A stretch of 60,734 bases of DNA from a virus (Duplodnaviria > Caudoviricetes), in the IMG/VR virus record IMGVR_UViG_3300042350_001432, positions 1-60,734 of that record; one strand, given 5' to 3'. The notes under the pieces were generated by a model. That model was given only the letters and a program-made list of their open reading frames with translations, did no database searches and was not told the origin of the DNA. Of this stretch, positions 45,783 to 55,737 are shown one piece after another (within the stretch, counting starts at the first letter, position 1; the number at the start of each line of letters is the position of its first letter). The translations under genes were made by a program, and so were the position numbers.

Positions 45783-48700
45783 CTACTTGGCGTAATGCAA
45801 TGTGGGATCGCCAACAACCTTGTAGGGCGTCCCGGCCTTCAGGGCACCCTTAGCGGGGTGGGACCTGTATATTGCGGCATTTGACGCCTTATACGACTCA
45901 GTCTGACCCGTGAAGCCTTCCTGCGAGACATTGCTCGTCAACGGATTGTCGTAAAATGCCTTGTTAGCCTTTTGGAAGGCTGAGATCTTGGCGTCTGCCT
46001 GATTTCCGGCATGCCGCAACAAAGCCCTCACGGCGGCAGCGGAGAATTGCGGACTGCCATATAATTTCAAAGCGGCTGCGGCTTCGGGGTCGCCCCCGTA
46101 AGATCTTAGCTGCGTAGCCAGAGCGGCCTGTGCTTGTGTCGAGTCTGGTGCATTAATGAAGTTTTCAATAAGGTTTTTGTCTACGCCAGAACTGATAAGG
46201 GCTTGCCCGATCTTAGTTGCAAACGGGGTGATGGGGCTGCCGTCCTTAATGTTAGGCAGCATCTCGTTAATCGTCTGCTTTACCTCAGTAGCCGTCCGCG
46301 CATCTTCAATCAGTGGCGCAAGCGATTGAGCATTCGTGCTGATTTTTATAGCGTTGCTTCCTTGAAGGGCTGCCATAGGAACTTCCACAACCTTACCAAG
46401 CGTTTCCTTCCACTTGGCATCTGCGCGCTCGTAATCACCTTTGGCCAACGTATAAAGATTTTGAAGCTGGGTGTAGCGCCCAGAACCGACGCCGGGAGCG
46501 CTCAATGCCTTATAAAGATCGTTCATTTTAAACTCAGATTGGTCGCGGTTAGCCCGCGCCTCCATGACGCCGGGGGTAAATTCGGCTCCGGCCAAAATGG
46601 TCTCGCTAGGGTTGTTAGGGTTGGCTCTGTAAGATTGCTTGGGCGAAAGCTTTGGCACAACGGTGCCGGCTGTCGGGTTTTTATTAAGGTAATCTTCCCG
46701 GCTCATGGCCCCCGGCGTTGTGCCGGAAACAGCATCCATAGGCCCGGCTTTGAACGCCCTAGCCTTGGCAACTGTCGCCAATTCAGCGGGCAGGAATGTG
46801 TCCGTGTAGGTGTCGTAGACCTGACCGTTTTCAAGGAACTCGTATCGTTTTTCCAGAATTCCCCTTGTGACTTCTGCCGTGCGGGCGTCAGCAAGTTGCT
46901 GAGCGACCTTCAATTCGCCTTGCTTGATGCCAAATGCGCGCTGCCCCTGAGCGGCCTGCGCGCCAGCGCCAAGGCCTGCGGCAATTGCAACGCCGGGACT
47001 GACCGTTCGGGCCGTGCCCATGGCTCCGATCCCAGCCAAGAGCGGAATGATTGACGTTGCCTTGCCCTTGGCGATGCCCCGGAAGAAGTTGTTGTCCTCA
47101 GGCGCGGCCTGAGCGGGCGCAGGTGCCGCAGCAACGCCAGCGGGAGGCGCGGCGACAGACGGTGCGGGCACAGCTTTAGCCGCCGGGGCCGGCGCGAGAC
47201 CAGTCGGCGCTGCCTGTTCAACCGGAGCTTCGGCTGTTTCAAGCAACCGGCGGGCGACCATATCCGGATCTTCGTCTACAGCGCCGTCAACAGCGTAACC
47301 ATTACGACCAGCAAGGCCGCCAGAGGAGCGGCTCAGGCGTGACGCCTGCTTGGCCATGGATCCACGCGCCCAATTAATGACGCCGCCAACGGTGGGGTTT
47401 TCTTGCAGTGGCCTGTTGGCCATGATTGCCTCTTCGCTCACATAGTTTGCGATAGGGGCGTTGGGGTTGGCGCGGAGGACCTTCACAGCGGTGTCCGGGC
47501 CCAAGAAGTGAGCAAGGTACACGTTGCCGGCGTCGGGCTCAAAGCCACCTCGTTCAATGATGCGGGCGTTGCCTTCGATCAGCTTGGGACCTATCGCCTC
47601 GCTAAGGGCGGCCCCTTCCGGGCTGCGCTTTAGCGCAATAATGTCCCGATCTGACATGCCCCTTGCGCGGTCAGGGTACTGCTGCCGGAATTGTCCAGCA
47701 AACGTCTTGTCGAGCATCTGGTACGGGCCAATGGCCGTAGACTTGGGGTTTTGACCAGTGCCTTCGCCAGCGTAGATCAGGCGGGCGATCTGGGAGATGT
47801 TCTTCGGAAGCGCGCTTGCCATAGGGGCAAGGCCAGCCGGCTTGGAAGCCGCTTGCGACTTCTTCACCTTAAGCAACTCAGGCAAGCCTTCCTTGGCCGC
47901 TGCGGCAAGGCCGGCAGGCTCTGGCATATTGGCAGGCGCAGCCCGCTGCGGAGCCTCAGCAGCTTCCGCCGGAAGCTCTTCACCGCTCATCAAGTCAATG
48001 TTCTTGTTGCCGGATGCGGTGGCCTTGAAAAGGTTGCGGATGAGCTTGTTGTCGCCGTGATAGAGGCCAGTCGGCTCATAGGACGGAATGTTGTCCATTT
48101 CCTCTTCAGGCATGCCGCCTTCTGCAAAATGGCCACGGCGCGCAGCCCCAGACGTCGCCTTGCGGTAGTCAACAGTCTTCATGCCGCCAGCAAGGCCAAC
48201 GGCATGCGGCTTGTGATCTTCCACCTCTTGGGCGATCAAGCCAATCTGAGTGCGCGGGTCGCCCTTGTAATTGAAGCTGTGGACGATCTGGCCATCAAAG
48301 AGCTTACCAATCGCCTTGATGTTTTCCTTCATGCGCTTGTCAGACATAGCAGCCACAGTGCTTGCAATTTGAGCAATTTTCCCAACTTTGCTAAGGCCGC
48401 TTTCGGGCTTGTCGGGCATTTCCCCCGCAGTCATCAGTTCGTATTTATTGGAAGACCCTTCCTCTTCTGGGATGTCCAATCCCTTGCCCGACATGTTTGA
48501 CTCGTAAGGGACTTCGCCGCCCAAAGCCTTTTTCTTGACTGCGCCGTAGATGGACGCCGCGTCCCCCGCAGCACCAAGGAGCTTGGAAAACCCAGACTGC
48601 TTCTGCGCAAGAGGGGAAGCGGTCATCAGTTGAGGAGCGGCGGCCAAACCTCCGGTGGGAATGTCCAACCCCATACCCGGCACCTGATTTGAATACGGCA

Positions 48701-51335
48701 TCCCGCCGTCAGCATATTGCTTACGGCGACGGCGGCTGGGGTAAAAGTCCTCAGCCTTCGGTGGCGTGGTATCAACAGGCGGCGGGGGCGGAGCAACGCC
48801 GGTCGCGGCAGGCTTAGTTGGCGCGGCCTTTGTAGGCACTGGCGTTTTCTTGTCGTCCTCTTTGCCGTCCCAATCCCAAGCGCCAAATTTATCGCCAACT
48901 TCGCCAACGGTATTGCCAATGCTGGCAACCTTCGCAACGTCATCAAGGCCAGATGAGGCGGCGGGAAGTTCTCCCGGCATCATTAGTTGGCGCGCAACAA
49001 ATTCGGATTGTGGCACAAGGCCACCGCCAGCGTTAGGACCTCCAGCGTACATGTTGCCTTTCATAATAGGGTCGTACATGGCCTGCTGGGCAGCAAGAAG
49101 CTGCTGCATCGTGGCCGGATCGAACCCGGCAAGACCACCGGCAGCAAAGCCACGACCTGCATCCTGCGGCAATACGCTGCCGCCAGCGCTTGCAAGGCCG
49201 CCATAGGCCATGTGGCCACGGTCGGCGGCGTCTTCGGTCGCCTTGTCGTAGTTGACGGTTTTGTAGCCGCCAGCAAGACCCACAGCGTCCGGGTGATGCT
49301 TCTGGACCTCTTGGGCGATCAGGCCGATCTGGGTGCGCGGGTCACCCTTATAGTTGAAGCTGTGGATCGTCTGACCATCGAAGGTCTTACCAACTGCCTT
49401 GATGTTCTCTTTCAGACGCTCGTCAGAGAAGAAACCACCCGGCTGCGTGGTTGTCGTCGTGGAGCCTTGCGCCGTGCCAGTGCCAAGGGCGATGTCGGAC
49501 GCCAACTTAAGCTGCTGGTACGGCAGCGACTGCTCCTGAAGGAACTGGTTGTACCGGGCAGTGTTTTCAGCCTGCCTAGTGGCTTGATCGACCTGACCGG
49601 CGGTCATCTGAGCCGCAGCGCCCGAAAGTGCTGCGTCCTGAGCGCCTGTGCCAAGGGCGGCAAGGGCTGCGGACGTGTTTGCACCCATACCGTAAATGCC
49701 TTGGCCCAAGGCCGCCCCTTGCTGCGATGCCGCAACGCCCTGACCAAACTGCTGTTGGCCCAGAGCGGCCTGCTGTGCTGCCGTAGTGGCACCCTGACCA
49801 AACTGTTGTTGGCCCAGAGCGGCAAGCTGGCCCGCCGCAGTGGCACCCTGACCAAACTGCTGCTGACCCAGTGAAGCAAGCTGACCCGCCGCAGTGGCAC
49901 CCTGACCAAACTGCTGCTGACCCAGAGCGGCTTGTTGCGCTGCTGCGGTAGCGCCCTGACCAAACTGCTGTTCGCCCAGAGCAGCCTGCTGCGCTGCTGT
50001 CGTTGCACCCTGACCAAACTGCTGCTGGGCCAAGGCTGCCTGCGCCTGCGCAGTGCCGGTGCCTTGACCGTAAATCTGCTGGCCAAGAGCAGCAAGATTT
50101 TGACCAGTTGTGGATCCCATACCAAAAAACTGTTGGCCCAGATTGCCCTGCTGCTGAGCGGCGGCAAGACCCTGACCGAAGCCCTGCTGGCCAATGCTAA
50201 GCGCCTGCTGCGCGGCCTGCTGCTGCGCGGCGCGATTTGCCTGTGAAGCGCCAAGACCAAGCTGCTGCTGTTGCTGAGCGGTGCCAAGCGCTTGGCCAAA
50301 GCCTTGGTTAAGAATGTCAGAAAAGATCTTGGAGTTTGCCAAATTTTGCTGTTGGCTCAAGTTAGCCGCAGCGATACCAGCCCGGTCACCGCCGAAAGCC
50401 CCAGAGCGAATGGCGTTGCCCATTTGGCCAGACTGCTGTTGCTGGTTCTGCTGATTTAAAAGGCCAGCGGTGCCCTGCAAAACAGTGCCGAGATAGGGAG
50501 ACAGATACCTGTTGATTTGCTCAGCACCTAGCTCATTAGGGTTTACGGCCTGCGCGCCGCTGCCCATGAACTGAGTTGCTATTTGCTGAAAAGGCTGCGC
50601 GCCCGTCAAAGCCTGCTGCGTCCCGTAAGATGATGCTCCCGTTAGATCTTGGCCTTGACCAAGCCCTTGCGCGTATTGCCCGGCAGCCATCTGGTTGAAG
50701 GGCTGCGCCCCCGCATAAGCAGCGCCAAGGTTACCAAGAACGCCCTGCTGGATCCGGTCGGCCCGGTTCTGCGCCGCGTTGATTGTTCCAAGCGACTGAC
50801 CGGCAAGTTGACTGCCAACGTCTTGGGCCTGATTCAGTGTGCCGTAAGACTGCGCTGCAAGCTCATTGCCAATTCCCTGCGCCTGACCCAGCGCGCCGTA
50901 AGACTGCGCTGCAAGCTCATTGCCGATCCCTTGGGCCTGACCCAGCGCGTTGTAAGACTGCCCCGCAAGCCGGTTCCCAACCCCTTGAGCTTGATATAGC
51001 GACCCGGAGGATCGATCCGCAAAATAGTTTCCTTGGTTTATGCCCTGATTAAGCTGATCTGTGGCATTCCGGTAGTAAGGCGACGCCTCCGCCTGCGCGA
51101 CAAAAAGCTGGCTTGTTGCATCGTTAAAATATGGCTGGGCCATGTTGGCAGCGCGGTTAGTGCCGGCGATGCCAAGCTGCTGCGTCCCTGACAATGGGGC
51201 GACAAATTCGCCGCCGTATTGCACGAAAGGCCTGTTGGTAACTTGGTCGGCACGGGCGTTGACTGCATTGTACCGCGCCAACACCTCCGGAGGGATAGTG
51301 ATCGCCTGCGTTGACTTGGCGGTTTTGCTGCCCAT
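45783..51335 (-). CDS. Large DNA ejection/pilot protein: Gln-rich 18-aa repeats, two S74-like domains, lysozyme/transglycosylase-like domain
   Basis: GAFGGDR; SDERLKENI and SDKRMKENI...G.IAQEV; AGE...STAIGPYQM..TF...YLAHFLG. Confidence 0.8.
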   Translation of the reverse strand: MGSKTAKSTQAITIPPEVLARYNAVNARADQVTNRPFVQYGGEFVAPLSGTQQLGIAGTNRAANMAQPYFNDATSQLFVAQAEASPYYRNATDQLNQGINQGNYFADRSSGSLYQAQGVGNRLAGQSYNALGQAQGIGNELAAQSYGALGQAQGIGNELAAQSYGTLNQAQDVGSQLAGQSLGTINAAQNRADRIQQGVLGNLGAAYAGAQPFNQMAAGQYAQGLGQGQDLTGASSYGTQQALTGAQPFQQIATQFMGSGAQAVNPNELGAEQINRYLSPYLGTVLQGTAGLLNQQNQQQQSGQMGNAIRSGAFGGDRAGIAAANLSQQQNLANSKIFSDILNQGFGQALGTAQQQQQLGLGASQANRAAQQQAAQQALSIGQQGFGQGLAAAQQQGNLGQQFFGMGSTTGQNLAALGQQIYGQGTGTAQAQAALAQQQFGQGATTAAQQAALGEQQFGQGATAAAQQAALGQQQFGQGATAAGQLASLGQQQFGQGATAAGQLAALGQQQFGQGATTAAQQAALGQQQFGQGVAASQQGAALGQGIYGMGANTSAALAALGTGAQDAALSGAAAQMTAGQVDQATRQAENTARYNQFLQEQSLPYQQLKLASDIALGTGTAQGSTTTTTQPGGFFSDERLKENIKAVGKTFDGQTIHSFNYKGDPRTQIGLIAQEVQKHHPDAVGLAGGYKTVNYDKATEDAADRGHMAYGGLASAGGSVLPQDAGRGFAAGGLAGFDPATMQQLLAAQQAMYDPIMKGNMYAGGPNAGGGLVPQSEFVARQLMMPGELPAASSGLDDVAKVASIGNTVGEVGDKFGAWDWDGKEDDKKTPVPTKAAPTKPAATGVAPPPPPVDTTPPKAEDFYPSRRRRKQYADGGMPYSNQVPGMGLDIPTGGLAAAPQLMTASPLAQKQSGFSKLLGAAGDAASIYGAVKKKALGGEVPYESNMSGKGLDIPEEEGSSNKYELMTAGEMPDKPESGLSKVGKIAQIASTVAAMSDKRMKENIKAIGKLFDGQIVHSFNYKGDPRTQIGLIAQEVEDHKPHAVGLAGGMKTVDYRKATSGAARRGHFAEGGMPEEEMDNIPSYEPTGLYHGDNKLIRNLFKATASGNKNIDLMSGEELPAEAAEAPQRAAPANMPEPAGLAAAAKEGLPELLKVKKSQAASKPAGLAPMASALPKNISQIARLIYAGEGTGQNPKSTAIGPYQMLDKTFAGQFRQQYPDRARGMSDRDIIALKRSPEGAALSEAIGPKLIEGNARIIERGGFEPDAGNVYLAHFLGPDTAVKVLRANPNAPIANYVSEEAIMANRPLQENPTVGGVINWARGSMAKQASRLSRSSGGLAGRNGYAVDGAVDEDPDMVARRLLETAEAPVEQAAPTGLAPAPAAKAVPAPSVAAPPAGVAAAPAPAQAAPEDNNFFRGIAKGKATSIIPLLAGIGAMGTARTVSPGVAIAAGLGAGAQAAQGQRAFGIKQGELKVAQQLADARTAEVTRGILEKRYEFLENGQVYDTYTDTFLPAELATVAKARAFKAGPMDAVSGTTPGAMSREDYLNKNPTAGTVVPKLSPKQSYRANPNNPSETILAGAEFTPGVMEARANRDQSEFKMNDLYKALSAPGVGSGRYTQLQNLYTLAKGDYERADAKWKETLGKVVEVPMAALQGSNAIKISTNAQSLAPLIEDARTATEVKQTINEMLPNIKDGSPITPFATKIGQALISSGVDKNLIENFINAPDSTQAQAALATQLRSYGGDPEAAAALKLYGSPQFSAAAVRALLRHAGNQADAKISAFQKANKAFYDNPLTSNVSQEGFTGQTESYKASNAAIYRSHPAKGALKAGTPYKVVGDPTLHYAK
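49650..50190 (-). repeat. 54-bp (18-aa) coding tandem repeat, about 10 copies
   Basis: QQQFGQGATxAxQxAALG units. Confidence 0.85.
50770..51025 (-). repeat. 54-bp (18-aa) coding tandem repeat, about 5 copies
   Basis: AAQSYGALGQAQGIGNEL units. Confidence 0.8.
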
Positions 51336-51842
51336 TTAATGCTCCGTTCTGGAGTGATCCCCAGTTCTTGCGCCGTATAGGAAGAAAGCGCCGCTTGGCT
51401 TCCCAAACTGACGCTCGTACATCCGCACCTTAGCTTCCGTCCTATTATTGGACAATACACCAATTATCAGGGGAATTCCAAGGGTATCAGACACCTTCTT
51501 GCTGAACTCGCACAGGCGGGTTGCCCGACCGCCCTTGGCGCTGCGATAATCAGGGTGAATAAAGATAGCCTTTTCTTCGACCACGGGCGTGTCTGAATAC
51601 CACATCGTGCCAATTCTAAGGACCACAATACCCTCAATGGCTTCACCTTTGCGGCCAATAAGCCCAACAATTCCATGATCTTGGCACAGCGCCGGATAGA
51701 TCTCTTCAGCAAGCTTGCGGGGATTGGCCTCAAGGAACCCGTTCTCTTCAGCCGCTTGAACGGCGATAACCATAATCTCATCAATGTCTTCAGGCACTCC
51801 AACGCGAATATGAAGGTCGTTTGAGCTTGCCTTATCAGTCAT
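51336..51842 (-). CDS. GNAT-like protein preceding the ejection proteins
   Basis: IR....EDIDEI; FIHPDYR...G.A..L, similar to GNAT motif A. Confidence 0.7.
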   Translation of the reverse strand: MTDKASSNDLHIRVGVPEDIDEIMVIAVQAAEENGFLEANPRKLAEEIYPALCQDHGIVGLIGRKGEAIEGIVVLRIGTMWYSDTPVVEEKAIFIHPDYRSAKGGRATRLCEFSKKVSDTLGIPLIIGVLSNNRTEAKVRMYERQFGKPSGAFFLYGARTGDHSRTEH

Positions 51843-51844
51843 AA

Positions 51845-52420
51845 TCAATCCTTTTTAGGTCCGGGTAGATTTTTCAATGTCTTAACGGTTTCAGCGCGCA
51901 TGCGCTTAACGAATTCGTCCAATACGCGGTGGCCAGTGTCGAGGTCCCCACCGCCGGCTTGCATCACCTCATCAGGCGTTACAACATATTCCCCACCCGC
52001 TGCAATAATCGGGACGGTAGCAACGCCGCCCTCAGCCTTACCGGGCAGCGGTTCGCCGTAGGGACCGCCCTCAACGCCGTAGGGTGCTTCCTGACCGGTG
52101 TAGGGGACGCCGCCAAAGATGGTACGCATGTGCTTGAAGCCAGCCATGGTGTTGCCCTCGCCCATGGCGCTGATGATGTCGGCGGGGATGACGTAGGACC
52201 CTGACGCCACATGCATTGGAAGATGGTCTGTGCGGCCTGCTACGGCACTGTGGATAGGGCCGCTATGCACCTTGGTCACCACCTGACCGCCAGTCGCGCG
52301 GGTCTTGCGCGCCGTGGACAGCGCAGCCGCAATTGCCTGATCGCGAGGGTGCCCAGCCTTGATCATTTCAGCGATGTTGCCGCTGATGACCTTCTGCGAT
52401 TTACCGTGCTTCAGTGGCAT
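51845..52420 (-). CDS. Conserved virion-module protein with AxGG motifs
   Basis: QAIAAALS.A; RATGG; GRTDHLP...GSYVIPAD; KAEGG; AAGGEYVV. Confidence 0.7.
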   Translation of the reverse strand: MPLKHGKSQKVISGNIAEMIKAGHPRDQAIAAALSTARKTRATGGQVVTKVHSGPIHSAVAGRTDHLPMHVASGSYVIPADIISAMGEGNTMAGFKHMRTIFGGVPYTGQEAPYGVEGGPYGEPLPGKAEGGVATVPIIAAGGEYVVTPDEVMQAGGGDLDTGHRVLDEFVKRMRAETVKTLKNLPGPKKD

Positions 52421-52427
52421 GCGAACC

Positions 52428-52769
52428 TCACGAATAACTGACTGTCACAGCCTGACCTGTGCCGGGAACCACGACAATACCATAAACCACCGGAAGGTTG
52501 ACGAACGTAACACCAACCGTGTTTGGGATAGTGTAAATGGGCCGTGTGGTGATACCCGTTGTAGGGGCGTCATAGATAATGCCAGTGGTGGTGCCTGCGG
52601 TTGTAACGCTAATTGTAGCTACACGACCGGCGGCGCTACTCACAATATCGGTTGCCGTTATGTTCTGACGGGTTTGAGCCCCCTGCACGAAGACGTAGGT
52701 TTGCGCCACGCCGTTGATGGCGGAGGCAATGTTCTTTGCGGTAGTGAGAAGGTCGCTTAGTGATGCCAT
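52428..52769 (-). CDS. Small virion structural protein
   Basis: Thr/Val-rich, ending GIVVVPGTGQAVTVSYS. Confidence 0.65.
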   Translation of the reverse strand: MASLSDLLTTAKNIASAINGVAQTYVFVQGAQTRQNITATDIVSSAAGRVATISVTTAGTTTGIIYDAPTTGITTRPIYTIPNTVGVTFVNLPVVYGIVVVPGTGQAVTVSYS

Positions 52770-52782
52770 GTCTCAATCCAAT

Positions 52783-54879
52783 TCAGAACTTGCCGTCAGG
52801 CTGTATGCGATAGCGCATGTTCCCAATGCGCCAAAAAGAGTCAATGTCGTTGCTGCCAAGTTCGATTGACATCAATCGTCCCCGGAAGCGCGGGCTGATG
52901 AATGTTGTGGCTTGCGTCAGTGGGTAGGGGCCAAATGTGACGGGGGTCTGGCCGGCGTAGTCCGCAACATGAAACGTAAGGTTGACCGTGGCATTTTGAG
53001 CGCCTTCGTAATACCCCCACTTCATATCGGGCCAGACCTGATCAACAAAGACCTTCACATCGGCCTCTGCCATGGCAAAGTAGCCCGTCTGGAAGCTGGA
53101 CAGCATGGGCTGATCGTCAGCGTTTTGAGACGTCTCATGCTGATAAATATATTGACTGCTTGGGTCCGCGCCAACCGGAGGGCCAATGACCGACTGATCC
53201 ACCCAAGCGGTTCTGCCCAGCGTTCCAAAGTCCCAAACCCTTAGAAACACGTTGTATTTGGCGTATGCGTTGACTTCCCCGCCGTTGCTCATGGTGGGAT
53301 AGAACCAAGAGATTTCACCAAAGCGCGAGTTTACCGCAACGCGGATCTTGTTCAGATTGCTTTGATCAAGGTCTTGGAAGATCACGTCCCAAATCGGACA
53401 CGAAACCGGCTGGACGCCTTCTCCGGTCAACGAAAAGAATTGTGAAGGCCCCATCCAGAAGACGGAGCCGTTGATTGATGCCGCAGCGTTTCTGGCAATC
53501 AAGCCGCAGCCAGAGCCGACTTCGTTGAAAGAATAAACAAATGGCTGGCCGATATACTGCATTGAGAACACGCCAATATCGGTCCAAAGCAACGCCTGCT
53601 GCGCCGCCTGAATTGCGCCGACAATCTTGGAGCCCTTAGGAATGCGATAAGAGCCAGCCTGATTGATGACGGTGCCAATCCAGTCGTTGTAGTTGTTGAC
53701 ATCGCACCAGCGGATAAGCAGCGGATCTTGAATGCCGGTAAAGGTTGATCCCCAAGCGATGATTTGGCGCTGCGGCATGGCAACGAAGAACCCGCCGTTG
53801 ACTGGTGGGGCTTGTGGAATAACAGTTGCCTGAGGGGCAGAGTCAGTTGGATCCCATTCGTAAATAGGCTGGAATGGCGGAGTCTGATCGTAGGTTGGGC
53901 ACGATAAAAGGATCTCTCCCCAGTTATCAAGCATCCAATCGTCCGCATTGATTGCGTTGCCATTGGTGGGGGCAACGGCGGTTCCGGTCCCGTAGCCACC
54001 GCCCCCGTAGGTTCCGACGCCATAGCCAGTACCGGAGGAGATAGCCCCAACCCCAAAGTTGTAAATAAAATGGGCTTGATTGCCGTTTAGATAGCCCGTC
54101 GTTGTCGATGTTGGCAGCGTCAGCGCATTGATCGTAAACTGGCTGCTGCTGATGACAGTCTCAACCGTGAAGTCGCCATAGAACGTGGTTCCACCAACCG
54201 TTGTCGGCATAAGGACAGGGAACGTGCCGCCCTGCGCGTAACCGTGATTGGCCAGCGTAACGGTGACGGTTGCCGCTCCCGAAATTACGGAAAAAAGTGG
54301 CAGCGTCGTCGTGGTTGTCGTTGAGGTGGCAGGAAGCGGTGCCCCAAGAATATCCAAAGCCTGCACAGAATAGGATGTGGCCGCAAGGTAGCCGTCAGGA
54401 TCGCACTGATACAGTCCAAAAAGAACAAGGCCGCCAACCGAAATTTGCGTTGCAATGTAGACTGAGTTGTACTGGGTTATGCCTGTGTTTACAGTGTCCG
54501 TTATGATAACAAAGCTGCTTCCAGACGTGGCAGAGGCCGCTGCTGCAACGTCATCTGAAATCTGTCGCGGTGTGATGTTGGAAAGAGAGCCATTTGTAAT
54601 GACGCCAAGCTGAGCAGCCCCTGTGATGCCAATTTCCTCAGTGCCGAAGGCAAGGTGCTTGTTTGCCAGTGTGTCCTGCCAAGCCCACAAGGCGCGGGCG
54701 ATAGCTGGCGTGGTGTTTGGGTAATATTTGGTCCACCCGCCAAGCTTTTGAACCAAAGCGCCCTGCTGCCGATCCGGGATAAAGCGGACAAGGTTGCTTG
54801 TCGAAATACCGGCTTCGTTAAGGGCCGGTGTTTCGTTTTGATCAACGCCGGGGCGTAGCTTCAAACTGGCGTGGGGCAT
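52783..54879 (-). CDS. Tail nozzle / head-closure protein (P22 gp10 / T7 gp12-like position)
   Basis: L.PGV..N.T...VRF...KLGGW; DNWGE; LIRWCD; CGLI; WD.IF..L; RTAW; PRFRGR. Confidence 0.7.
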   Translation of the reverse strand: MPHASLKLRPGVDQNETPALNEAGISTSNLVRFIPDRQQGALVQKLGGWTKYYPNTTPAIARALWAWQDTLANKHLAFGTEEIGITGAAQLGVITNGSLSNITPRQISDDVAAAASATSGSSFVIITDTVNTGITQYNSVYIATQISVGGLVLFGLYQCDPDGYLAATSYSVQALDILGAPLPATSTTTTTTLPLFSVISGAATVTVTLANHGYAQGGTFPVLMPTTVGGTTFYGDFTVETVISSSQFTINALTLPTSTTTGYLNGNQAHFIYNFGVGAISSGTGYGVGTYGGGGYGTGTAVAPTNGNAINADDWMLDNWGEILLSCPTYDQTPPFQPIYEWDPTDSAPQATVIPQAPPVNGGFFVAMPQRQIIAWGSTFTGIQDPLLIRWCDVNNYNDWIGTVINQAGSYRIPKGSKIVGAIQAAQQALLWTDIGVFSMQYIGQPFVYSFNEVGSGCGLIARNAAASINGSVFWMGPSQFFSLTGEGVQPVSCPIWDVIFQDLDQSNLNKIRVAVNSRFGEISWFYPTMSNGGEVNAYAKYNVFLRVWDFGTLGRTAWVDQSVIGPPVGADPSSQYIYQHETSQNADDQPMLSSFQTGYFAMAEADVKVFVDQVWPDMKWGYYEGAQNATVNLTFHVADYAGQTPVTFGPYPLTQATTFISPRFRGRLMSIELGSNDIDSFWRIGNMRYRIQPDGKF

Positions 54880-54885
54880 GAAGCG

Positions 54886-55668
54886 CTACCTTGTTGGAGT
54901 GGCCGCAACCGGAGGCGACATGGACGACCAAGCAGACGCGCTGAACTTCTTGCGCCCCTCCTCAACCGCAGCCCCTCTCAGCAGGTTTTGGTACTGCAAT
55001 TCATAGGTGGGCCCCATGGCCGGATCGTTAGAAGCCTGACCAAAGTTGCGTTGGAACTGAGAAATGTAGATCAGCGATGCTTGGACTAGCAGGTCTGGGA
55101 AATAGGTGCTGATGAAGGTTGTGCCAGTGGCAGCTAGAGGCGTTGTCGCGTTTTCGTACAGCGTCGGCAAGCGCACGGTGCCGATCACCTCAACGTTGTA
55201 GGCAACGTCGGGGTAAGGCCCCAAAAGGATGTTATTGTAAGTTTCCCCGCCAGTGGCAAGGTCGCCGCCGTACATGGCAAAGACCTTTGGCTGCCCCCTG
55301 CTGCCAGAGGCGGAAGATCCGTAAACGTTTTGCAAATACTCTTTTGTGGATGGCAAAAGCGGGTATGTGACGCCGGCCACGCTCAGCGTAACCGTTTGCA
55401 CAGTGACGAAATCATATGCGCCAAGCTGCAACTGATTGTTCCCAATCGTCAGGGTGTAAGGCCGTGACGTCTGGGACGGAAGCAGGTCCAAATCGCGCTG
55501 GATGCGGAGTTCCGCATAATTGAGCATCTGGGGAATGATGGCATTGAATTCGGCATCAACCCCAACGACGACGCCAGAGGTAGTCTGCACGTTGACAACG
55601 GCCATGGTGGCGACCTGCGTCACATAACCGTTGTATGTAAGCGGTGTTGTCTGAGGAGTTGCTGGCAT
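54886..55668 (-). CDS. Head-tail connector / adaptor protein
   Basis: I.YAELRIQRDLD...LGPYPD.AY...T.IS..FPDLL; precedes the nozzle gene. Confidence 0.65.
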   Translation of the reverse strand: MPATPQTTPLTYNGYVTQVATMAVVNVQTTSGVVVGVDAEFNAIIPQMLNYAELRIQRDLDLLPSQTSRPYTLTIGNNQLQLGAYDFVTVQTVTLSVAGVTYPLLPSTKEYLQNVYGSSASGSRGQPKVFAMYGGDLATGGETYNNILLGPYPDVAYNVEVIGTVRLPTLYENATTPLAATGTTFISTYFPDLLVQASLIYISQFQRNFGQASNDPAMGPTYELQYQNLLRGAAVEEGRKKFSASAWSSMSPPVAATPTR

Positions 55669-55737
55669 GGCGTCCTACTGCAATAAAGTGACCGCTGCGT
55701 TCTACCAAATACGGAAGCAATGTTCTAGTGCTGGTGA

